A program made the position numbers and the translations under genes. DNA of 64,000 nucleotides, from positions 32,001-96,000 of the IMG/VR virus record IMGVR_UViG_3300020045_011333. One strand, given 5' to 3'. The stretch is from a virus. The notes beneath the pieces were generated by a model. It was not told the origin of the DNA. It did no database searches and was given only the letters and a program-made list of their open reading frames with translations. Numbering within the stretch: the stretch's first letter is position 1; every line of letters starts with the position of its first letter. Below, piece by piece: positions 8,991 to 16,239 of this stretch.

Positions 8991-9256
8991 TGAAAACGAG
9001 AACGAGAGTACCCCCCCCTCCCTAATAAATTAAAGAACGAGAGTACCTCCTAGTAGATGAAAACGAATGTCTTTTCTCTCTTCCGTTAAATGTAGGAGTT
9101 AAGGAATGTACACCCCTCCCTTAATAAACTAAAAACTAATGTCTGTCCCCAAATAAATTAAGAGATGAATGTCTGTCCCTTAATAAACTAAAAACTAATG
9201 TCTGTCCCCAAATAAATTAAGAGATGAATGTCTGTCCCCGTCAGGGGGGAGGGTAC
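8991..9256. repeat. Island of ~30-bp degenerate tandem repeats including an exact 59-bp duplication
   Basis: 9121-9179 repeated at 9180-9238; AATGTCTGTCCC four times; GAACGAGAGTACC twice; C8 and G6 runs at the ends. Confidence 0.9.
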
Positions 9257-9348
9257 AAAAATTTATTATCTTGAATCCTCATTTTTATATTGACGGGAAT
9301 TTCGAGACGCTGTAGTTTGAGTTTATTAAAGATGCAAAGGAGAACTTC

Positions 9349-9669
9349 ATGGAAAATTTTGATACAGCACTTGAAGCATTTATTGCTGGCGTGACACAGA
9401 TTCGTACTCTTCATATGACCTCCAATGGTTATGAGTCTTTCTTCAATCCTGTTGTAGCTTATACCACTGGCCCTAAATACATCAGGGTCTATGATGTGAA
9501 TATGGATGGTGAGGCTCGATCCGTGTATTGCTTCATTGATCGTACCAATGGTGATGTACTAAAAGCAGCGAGTTGGAAAATTCCTGCTAAACATGCTAGA
9601 GGTAATATTTTTGATGAGCATAACGGTTTGGCTCGTTGTAATGTAAATGGTCCTGAGTATCTGAGGTAG
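9349..9669 (+). CDS. Early hypothetical protein (106 aa); paralog of 15595-15924
   Basis: AAGGAG SD, TTGACG-N17-TAGTTT promoter; KYIRV...CFID..GDV.KAASWK.PAK..RGNI motif of a widespread phage family. Confidence 0.75.
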   Translation: MENFDTALEAFIAGVTQIRTLHMTSNGYESFFNPVVAYTTGPKYIRVYDVNMDGEARSVYCFIDRTNGDVLKAASWKIPAKHARGNIFDEHNGLARCNVNGPEYLR

Positions 9670-9802
9670 AAAAATAAAATTTAATTTTCCTTGAAAGAAT
9701 TTCAAGGAAGATTTGACAAGGGCCTAGGTTACTGGTAATCTTTTTATAGTTTCAAAACGAACTCATGCAAAAATTACATTAGTTCAAAAATAGGAGAACA
9801 TC

Positions 9803-10273
9803 ATGCCTCATTATCGTCCCACTCGCCCCGTAAAGCGCCTCACAACGAAGGAAGAGGTTCAAGTCGTCTTGGATCGCTATCATGCCGGAACTGAGCCAGT
9901 GACGCTTTATGGTGTGACACAGATGGGTTATGTAGAACCTTATGAACTAATCCCTAGCTCTAAGATTATTTATGAGCCATATGCTACTGGTGATGGAGGC
10001 ATTCATAAGGTTGATTGTCTTAAAACTTCTACCCTAGAAGGTGATAAGAAGTATCAGTGGGATTTCTTTCTGGAATCATTTGGTATCGTTGAAGATGCTT
10101 ATGCAACTGAGTTTGCTTTGTTTGAACATGAGGCAGACGCTTTGGCTTATTCAGAACTGTTGAAGGCTGATGAGCGCTACATAACTAGTGTTAAGGAGCA
10201 TTGGGCTATGTGTGACGAATTGTTTGAAGGGTTGGATTACGCATATGAATATGAATATGAGGAAAAGTTGTGA
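9803..10273 (+). CDS. Early hypothetical protein (156 aa)
   Basis: AGGAG SD; promoter TTGACA-N17-TAATCT at 9713-9741. Confidence 0.7.
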   Translation: MPHYRPTRPVKRLTTKEEVQVVLDRYHAGTEPVTLYGVTQMGYVEPYELIPSSKIIYEPYATGDGGIHKVDCLKTSTLEGDKKYQWDFFLESFGIVEDAYATEFALFEHEADALAYSELLKADERYITSVKEHWAMCDELFEGLDYAYEYEYEEKL

Positions 10274-10519
10274 TGAAAACTACAATCATGTATTGGGTTA
10301 AATTTGATCTTCCTCTCTATGTCAGATATCATCCTAAAGTAAATAATATTTCTATTGAGAACGAAGAGGGTTATGATCCTCACGGCCACAGCCCTTCATT
10401 TTGTTGCTGGATCGTTCCGGGAACTGTTGATCCTAATGAGGATTGAAAATTATTTATCTTGATCTCTGACTTTTTCTGTGATAAGAATCTGCTATAAAGA
10501 AACAATTAAGGAGAATATT

Positions 10520-10759
10520 ATGATTGCTAATAGATTGGTACTAACTGTTTTGTTTAAGAATGGAATTGAAAAGACTTATTCAGGCTCAGTTATTGAAGAT
10601 GATAAGCTTGATATAGTTCATAAGGAGCTACCCAATATTAAAAAATTTGTTGGTGATGTTTATAAAGAAGGCTCAACAGCAAACTTAGAGATTGGTGATA
10701 CCATTATTAATATTTCTGAAACTGTATCTATTAATTTTCGTATCGGATATAGTTACTAA
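10520..10759 (+). CDS. Early hypothetical protein
   Basis: AAGGAG SD before ATG 10520. Confidence 0.6.
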   Translation: MIANRLVLTVLFKNGIEKTYSGSVIEDDKLDIVHKELPNIKKFVGDVYKEGSTANLEIGDTIINISETVSINFRIGYSY

Positions 10760-10830
10760 AACTTTTATCTTGACTCCTCACTTTTTGTGGTGCATATTAG
10801 GTCAGATGTAAGAAATAAAAGGAGAAATAA

Positions 10831-11079
10831 TTGTCTTTCACTAACAAATCTGAGATGCATTTTAACACCTCAAATTATTTTCCTAACCTTGACCGGCACA
10901 AAAATTTCTGGTGCACCGCTAAGATTAATGAAGATGGTGAAACCTATCGTATTCACATGTGGGCCGATCATGTTCCTAGTGTTGATATTTCGAAGTGCAC
11001 CAGCCCGGCTTATGAAATTGTAATTCTATGGGATAATTGGAAATCTGAAGTTTCTAAGATTGTTGTTGACAAGGCTTAG
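10831..11079 (+). CDS. Early hypothetical protein (82 aa)
   Basis: AAGGAG SD, TTG start; TTGACT-N17-CATATT promoter. Confidence 0.55.
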   Translation: MSFTNKSEMHFNTSNYFPNLDRHKNFWCTAKINEDGETYRIHMWADHVPSVDISKCTSPAYEIVILWDNWKSEVSKIVVDKA

Positions 11080-11127
11080 TCAACTCTATAAGTTGAATGT
11101 ATTAAAGGTTTAAAAGGAGAACACCAA

Positions 11128-11328
11128 ATGCCAGTAGATCGCACGACTTACACAAATGGCTCAGGTCGTCACGCCTATGAAGTTGAAGTCTACCTTAATA
11201 AGGACGCGAGAAATGTTTCTGACTTCCGTCGCCTCACATTTGAGGTCCATGCCGTTAATCGCACCGTAGCGGCTGTCAGGCTAGAACGTGATGGGTATGA
11301 GGTATGTAGTGTGAATATGGTAGGGTGA
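11128..11328 (+). CDS. Early hypothetical protein (66 aa)
   Basis: AAGGAG SD; TTGACA-N17-TAAGTT promoter. Confidence 0.65.
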   Translation: MPVDRTTYTNGSGRHAYEVEVYLNKDARNVSDFRRLTFEVHAVNRTVAAVRLERDGYEVCSVNMVG

Positions 11329-11436
11329 AAACCCTAACGGGACAGACCACACCTATCATACCTATCATACCTCAATATAGAACAATACAACAATACAGAC
11401 CATCCAAACCCTCACCACCGCACCGTAGGAGATATC

Positions 11437-11598
11437 ATGAAAGTTGTTTATATAGTCGAGCAAGATTCTGGTTCATATGGGCGTTATGTTGCAGCAGTTT
11501 TCAGTGAAGAAGCTAAAGCAGTAGAATATTGTAAAAAGAAAAATGGTGGTTACGCTAGTTATTCATATGATGCAATGGTTGTTGATCAGGAGGGATAA
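11437..11598 (+). CDS. Early hypothetical protein (53 aa, MKVVYIVEQDSGSY...), not in the ORF track
   Basis: AGGAG SD; VY-V...VFS-EEKA-EY pattern also seen at 43286. Confidence 0.55.
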   Translation: MKVVYIVEQDSGSYGRYVAAVFSEEAKAVEYCKKKNGGYASYSYDAMVVDQEG

Positions 11599-11718
11599 AA
11601 TGTTTATATAAGCCCTTGACTCCAACCTAAATCTTTATTACATTTAAATCGTAGAGAAATCTTGAAGAAGATTATTTAACAAGGGCCTAGGTTGCCCAAA
11701 CAGAAAAGGAGAATTGTA

Positions 11719-11970
11719 ATGGCTCGTAAGGAATTGGCAAACAAGCATGGCATTGTGGATCAGATTAAGACTCTTATCACTAATCAGGATAAGGTCAAGT
11801 ATGCTGTCAAAATGGAATTGGTCCAACTAGGCTATGTCGCAGAGGCTGAACGTGTAAAGACTGTGGCCGTGGTTGAAGCTGGTCGTGGACGTAAGAAGAT
11901 TATTTATGCCCCAACTAATAAAGGCAAAACACTTATTGCTTTTTCCAAAAATTGGAAGACATCATCTTAA
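11719..11970 (+). CDS. Small winged-helix-like protein; paralog of 14733-14963
   Basis: AAGGAG SD; LVQLGYV...GRGRKKIIYAPTNKGK...SKNWK. Confidence 0.55.
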   Translation: MARKELANKHGIVDQIKTLITNQDKVKYAVKMELVQLGYVAEAERVKTVAVVEAGRGRKKIIYAPTNKGKTLIAFSKNWKTSS

Positions 11971-12095
11971 AGTTCATGATTCGTTCCAATAAAAATGATA
12001 AAAGAGTGAATATTTAAGTATATTCACTCTTTTCTTTATGGAAAAATATGATATAGTATCAGTGTAAATTAGTTTTTTGTAAAGGAGTATGTATC

Positions 12096-12284
12096 ATGTA
12101 TGAAATTGTAGATAAGGATAATGTAGTATATTCAGTTAATAGTTACTACACCGCAGAGATAGTTAGAGATAGCCTTGTTATGGTAGGTCGCGGACCAGTC
12201 AAGATCATAAAAGTAGGTGATAACTCTCACTGCAACAGAGAAAATTCAAAGTCGTTCTTCCTAGAAGAGAAGCTTAATTGTTGA
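12096..12284 (+). CDS. Early hypothetical protein (62 aa)
   Basis: AAGGAG SD. Confidence 0.55.
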   Translation: MYEIVDKDNVVYSVNSYYTAEIVRDSLVMVGRGPVKIIKVGDNSHCNRENSKSFFLEEKLNC

Positions 12285-12409
12285 AATAGTAGACCGGGGA
12301 CCCATTAAAAATTTAAGTGACGCCGGGAGGCTCCACAAAAAATTTAACAAGGGCCTAGTTCCACCACAACTTTTTCACGATTCCAAATTCAGCTTTTAAC
12401 AGGAGAAAA

Positions 12410-12652
12410 ATGATGATGAGGTACAATAAATATGTGGCTACTGCTTTTGTAACTAATCGTGTTGTTACGGCAGAGCCTTCCAGACAATTGGTAAATGCCG
12501 CTGTAAGCATGTTCAAGGATTATCCCCACATAGAGCATTGCTACGTCAGACGATGCCTTGTGGACCAAACCGGAGGCATTCTAAGCGACCCCCATTTCAA
12601 AGCATTGACCATACCAAAGAAATCAGTGCTTGACAAAATGAAAAGAGCATGA
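12410..12652 (+). CDS. Early hypothetical protein (80 aa)
   Basis: AGGAG SD. Confidence 0.6.
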   Translation: MMMRYNKYVATAFVTNRVVTAEPSRQLVNAAVSMFKDYPHIEHCYVRRCLVDQTGGILSDPHFKALTIPKKSVLDKMKRA

Positions 12653-12658
12653 TATAAG
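12630..12658 (+). promoter_or_regulatory. Sigma70-type promoter of the structured ncRNA
   Basis: TTGACA-N17-TATAAG. Confidence 0.55.
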
Positions 12659-12664
12659 CTTTTC

Positions 12665-13025
12665 ATTGATTGAGACGTAGCTCATGCCCCTGTTTGACAC
12701 AGCGACGGCATGAGCCACTGTTCGCGGTGATAGAGGTTCACGGACCGGAAGCTGATGAGGTCAACAGTCAGCATCATTCTAAGGGCATGTGGCTGGAACT
12801 TTCGTTTAAATTGGTACTCTGGCATACGGGTTCGAGTCCCGTTAGAGCAATTCAAAGGTTGTTAACCTTTGTAAGCAAGCCTTGTTGTAGCTGTGTCAGA
12901 GTTTAAATTACTAGATCAGTGATATTAGTTGTGTTTCATTTCCTTTTCACGACAAGTTATCACTGTTAAAAAAGTGCGCCACGTCTCTCAGTCCCTAGGC
13001 TGATTGAGGCAGGCGCACTTTTTTT
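12665..13025 (+). ncRNA. ~360-nt highly structured non-coding RNA with a tRNA T-arm module
   Basis: At least seven stems, including GCTCATGCC/GGCATGAGC, CACTG-TTCG-CGGTG, ACGGG-TTCGAGT-CCCGT, CAAAGGTT/AACCTTTG, CAGTGATA/TATCACTG; own promoter and terminator; no credible ORF. Confidence 0.7.
12968..13025. terminator. Bidirectional terminator closing the ncRNA
   Basis: AAAAAAGTGCGCC ... GGCGCACTTTTTT, 13-bp inverted repeat. Confidence 0.75.
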
Positions 13026-13178
13026 GTTTTTATCTTGAGTTTGCAATTTTTTTATCACGGGAGTCCATTTTTTATTTATCTTCAGAGTCCATTTTTTCTG
13101 GCACGTTGGCGCGAAAATTCTGGAATTTTATTTTAAATTAATTTTAAAAATTTTTCAAAAAATTTCTGGTGAGCGCTG

Positions 13179-13241
13179 GAACAAACCGTGAACATTAGTC
13201 ATGAGAACAAACCGTGAACGACTTTTGTTCCTGATTCGTTC
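13179..13241. promoter_or_regulatory. Three tandem alphaproteobacterial-type LexA boxes
   Basis: GAACAAACCGTGAAC at 13179 and 13205 (identical) and GTTCCTGATTCGTTC at 13227, all GAAC-N7-GAAC/GTTC-N7-GTTC. Confidence 0.65.
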
Positions 13242-13322
13242 CGTTTTAAAAATAAGGCAGGTTCGCCGTTCCCATTCTCGGCCCCGACCTTCGGTCTTTT
13301 GCGGCGTCTTTGAATTGTCCTT

Positions 13323-13351
13323 AGATTATCAAAAGTTTGATTCCATGTCAA
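13323..13351 (-). promoter_or_regulatory. Leftward sigma70 promoter (small-RNA unit A)
   Basis: TTGACA-N17-TAATCT on the minus strand. Confidence 0.65.
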
Positions 13352-13446
13352 CTGGAAAAATAATTTATTTTTATAAAAATTTAGGTTGACTCCGTTTCAT
13401 GACGTTATATATTGAGGATAACGAAAACGCAACGGAGTTAAACCAA

Positions 13447-13833
13447 ATGACTTTCAATTCTTCTATCAAAGAAGCTAAGGAACGCGGCGAATTAAGCCTT
13501 GCCCGTCGCATGGACGCTGAACGTCGAATCGCAAGCGCCATAGTTCGCCACGCGCTCAAAAACAACATGCAAGTTAGTATCAATGATGGCGAGGAATGGA
13601 CAGTTAAAAAGTCTGGAAATTATCGCGAAATTATGTCCGCATTGTATTCCACGGATGAGGATGTTATTCGTTTGAATAACGCAACGGATGGTTTTCCGCT
13701 GGGCAAATTCTTTCTGGTCTATGGTAATGACGGTTATGATGTAGTTTCCGACTATACCGTGACAGAAACAACGGATCATATTTGGGAAACTGTTATTAAG
13801 CCTCTTTCTGATTTGATCGAAATGGGTAAATAA
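13447..13833 (+). CDS. Early hypothetical protein
   Basis: GGAG SD before ATG 13447; NDGEEW...STDED..LVYGND..VVSDYT phage family pattern. Confidence 0.7.
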   Translation: MTFNSSIKEAKERGELSLARRMDAERRIASAIVRHALKNNMQVSINDGEEWTVKKSGNYREIMSALYSTDEDVIRLNNATDGFPLGKFFLVYGNDGYDVVSDYTVTETTDHIWETVIKPLSDLIEMGK

Positions 13834-13911
13834 TTTAAAAAATGGGTATTGACTAAATCCCCATTTCTTTTATGTTACTGGTAACGAAACGCAAACAAAA
13901 GGTTTTGCATC

Positions 13912-14196
13912 ATGACTGTCACGCTAGAAAAATCCTATCGCCGCTCGGTTAACGTCCTGCGGCCTAACAAGGCCCGTATGGCCGCGATTCATGCCGAATA
14001 TAGCCTTATCCATAGCGAGGCTGTTTTCACTGCTAATGCGATGCTATCGCTTGGCAATAAGACCGCAAGAGAACTGTATGAAGCGGCTTGCGCCATTCGA
14101 TCCGATAATGAAACGGAACTGGCAGAAGTGATTCGCGTTGTACTAATGGGATTGGCTCGAAAGGAAGATTATAAGAATAATAAAAATAAGTCTTGA
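13912..14196 (+). CDS. Early hypothetical protein (94 aa)
   Basis: Own promoter TTGACT-N16-TATGTT. Confidence 0.6.
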   Translation: MTVTLEKSYRRSVNVLRPNKARMAAIHAEYSLIHSEAVFTANAMLSLGNKTARELYEAACAIRSDNETELAEVIRVVLMGLARKEDYKNNKNKS

Positions 14197-14253
14197 CTTA
14201 ATCATTAAAATGTAAGAAAACAGGACTGCAAACAACAAATTGGAGCTTTAAAA

Positions 14254-14469
14254 ATGACAATGCTAGTTACTGGTTACAAGAGCAAGAAAGACCTTAAGGC
14301 TGCAATCGGCAAGCCGCTCAAGTATCGTGAAACGTCTATGTTTGGCGCGGAATACAAGCCTAATGGCAAGCTAACCGTCGCTCATCGCCCGCATATGACT
14401 CCAATTGGAGGACGGGAATTTTTCGCTCAAGTGACAATGGTTAACGGATTGATTGCAAAGGTGGAATAA
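14254..14469 (+). CDS. Conserved phage hypothetical protein (71 aa)
   Basis: GGAG SD; Y.SKK.LK..IG.PL.Y.ETS.FG.EY...FA.VTM..G.I.KV family pattern. Confidence 0.7.
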   Translation: MTMLVTGYKSKKDLKAAIGKPLKYRETSMFGAEYKPNGKLTVAHRPHMTPIGGREFFAQVTMVNGLIAKVE

Positions 14470-14484
14470 AATTATTAAATAATT

Positions 14485-14518
14485 AATAAGCCAGTTCTTT
14501 AATTAGAACTGGCTTATT
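14485..14518. terminator. Bidirectional terminator
   Basis: Perfect 14-bp inverted repeat AATAAGCCAGTTCT/AGAACTGGCTTATT. Confidence 0.75.
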
Positions 14519-14590
14519 TTCTTTTATCTAATAAATAAAAAATTTCGATCTCTAATTCTCCCCACCTCCGGCTTTCGCTTTCTTTGATGT
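14485..14590 (-). ncRNA. Candidate ~105-nt leftward small RNA (unit B) carrying GGAGGUG
   Basis: Minus-strand promoter TTGACC-N17-TAGAAT at 14597-14625, no ATG, ends in the 14485-14518 terminator. Confidence 0.5.
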
Positions 14591-14732
14591 AGCACCATTC
14601 TATAACATTCTTAAACTCTGGTCAACAACAAAATTCACCAAAATAATTTTATTTTATTACATTTTCCTCTTGTCAAACATTTTTAAATCATTAGATTGCA
14701 GTGAGAAACAAACAAACAAAGGAGTTTTCTAA

Positions 14733-14963
14733 ATGTCTCGCAAGCCAATCTTTTCCACAAACAAAGAAATTGCAACCGTTCTAAAAGCATTTGCCGCTGG
14801 CCAAACAGTGAGCTATGACCATAGACGACGACTCGTTGCAACTGGTCATATAGTTGCAACAAAATCTGAAACCCGAGAAATGCGCCGTGGACCGCGTACC
14901 ATTGTTTATGCATTGTCTGGTAAGGGCAAGGGATTGCTGAATCTTTCTAAAAATTGGAAATAA
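14733..14963 (+). CDS. Small winged-helix-like protein; paralog of 11719-11970
   Basis: AAGGAG SD; LVATGHI...RGPRTIVYALSGKGK...SKNWK. Confidence 0.6.
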   Translation: MSRKPIFSTNKEIATVLKAFAAGQTVSYDHRRRLVATGHIVATKSETREMRRGPRTIVYALSGKGKGLLNLSKNWK

Positions 14964-15004
14964 GAGTGGCTTTTTCAAACTCTTCACAAATAAGGATTAA
15001 TCGA

Positions 15005-15592
15005 ATGCCTGCTATCATTGAAACAACGGTTTATCAATTCAACGAATTGAGCGAACGCGCAAAAGACAATGCCCGTCAATGGTTCCGCGATGTTAGTGCA
15101 AATGATGACTGGTACGATTCAACCTTTGAAGATGTTAAGGAATGCGGCAAGCTAATTGGCATTACCATTGATAAAATCTATTTCAGAGGTTTTTGGTCGC
15201 AAGGTGACGGCGCTTGTTTTGAAGGCTCATATTCTTATGCTAAGGCCGCTCCCGCCACCATAGCGGCTTATACAGGCGGAAACGAAACGCTTGTGAGGAT
15301 TGCTAAGGAATTACTAGAAGTACAACGCAAGGCGTTCTATAGACTGACTGCAACTGTTAAGCATTCTGGCCGGTACTATCATGAATATTGCACTGATATT
15401 GACGTTTACAATAATGGTGAAATTGCTGATAACGTAACAGATGAAATTATTTCTACTCTGTTACGTGATTTTATGCGCTGGATTTACAGAGAATTAGAAA
15501 AGGCTTATAATGATTACATGAGCAACGAAACGGTTGACGATAATATTCGTTGTAATGAATATACGTTCGACATTAATGGAAAGAGGTTTTAA
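15005..15592 (+). CDS. Conserved protein of the plasmid/ICE family commonly annotated as antitoxin of a stability system (function unproven)
   Basis: IETTVY...ELSE.AK..AR.W, YFRGFWSQGDGACFEG.Y, HSGRYYHEY, LRDFMRWIYRELEK.Y motifs. Confidence 0.6.
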   Translation: MPAIIETTVYQFNELSERAKDNARQWFRDVSANDDWYDSTFEDVKECGKLIGITIDKIYFRGFWSQGDGACFEGSYSYAKAAPATIAAYTGGNETLVRIAKELLEVQRKAFYRLTATVKHSGRYYHEYCTDIDVYNNGEIADNVTDEIISTLLRDFMRWIYRELEKAYNDYMSNETVDDNIRCNEYTFDINGKRF

Positions 15593-15594
15593 TA

Positions 15595-15924
15595 ATGGAT
15601 AACTTTATAGAAAGATTAGAACAATATATTGAATCAATTGAATACTTAAGAAAAAAGTATTTTACTGATAAAAATTATTTACCTGATGAGGCTAATCCCA
15701 ATCTTTCCTATGAAGTTGAAAAGAAATGGGTAAAAATTTATAAAATAGATTCTGAAAATAATATTATAGGTGTTTTTGCCTTTGTCGAAATTGATACAGG
15801 AAATATATTCGAACGGGCAAATAATCCTAAAGCCCCAAGAAAAAACAAAATTAAAGGAAATATTTTCTCGGAAGAAAACGGATTGGAATCTGTTAAGAAA
15901 ACTAATCCTAATTATTTGATTTAA
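15595..15924 (+). CDS. Early hypothetical protein; paralog of 9349-9669
   Basis: KWVKI...FAFVE..TGNIF..A...AP.K...GNIF.E.NGL. Confidence 0.6.
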   Translation: MDNFIERLEQYIESIEYLRKKYFTDKNYLPDEANPNLSYEVEKKWVKIYKIDSENNIIGVFAFVEIDTGNIFERANNPKAPRKNKIKGNIFSEENGLESVKKTNPNYLI

Positions 15925-15986
15925 ACCTCTTGACTTAGATTACTAAAAGATTTAAGTTTGATCTATCGAAACAAAGGAATAGAAAA

Positions 15987-16175
15987 ATGGAAAAGCCTAA
16001 CCGTCTTTATAAAACAACTATTGTAATTTGGACTGATTTTCCTACCTCTTCTATAGGAATAGAAGACTTAGCAAGAGAAACACAAGTAGGTGATGCTTTT
16101 TGTGAATCAAGTGAGTGTGTAGAGATTTCAAATAAAAAGTATTTTCCTGAAACTGCATTTTTTGGGGATGAATAA
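15987..16175 (+). CDS. Early hypothetical protein (62 aa)
   Basis: Promoter TTGACT-N17-TAAGTT, ATCGAAAC leader, AAGGA SD. Confidence 0.65.
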   Translation: MEKPNRLYKTTIVIWTDFPTSSIGIEDLARETQVGDAFCESSECVEISNKKYFPETAFFGDE

Positions 16176-16239
16176 GTTTTTAAATTTCACCTACTGTTAT
16201 AGTAGGTGATTTTTAAATTCTTACAACGGAGTCAATCAA

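Noticed and set aside
9121-9239. CRISPR-like array
   Set aside because: Units are tandem and duplicated with no unique spacers; no cas genes in the window
12752-12775. Hammerhead ribozyme (CTGATGAG core)
   Set aside because: No stem II followed by GAAA and no matching stem III/cleavage triplet
12670-12906. 78-aa ORF from the track
   Set aside because: TTG start, no SD, lies wholly within dense RNA structure
12665-13025. tmRNA (one- or two-piece) or YrlA
   Set aside because: No CCA after the T-arm, no G3:U70 acceptor partner downstream, no ANDN...AA tag frame, and no acceptor hairpin/D-arm order as in YrlA; kept as an unclassified ncRNA
13201-13583. Track ORFs 13201-13389 (+) and 13371-13583 (-)
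   Set aside because: Overlap operator/promoter DNA or are antisense shadows of 13447-13833; no SD
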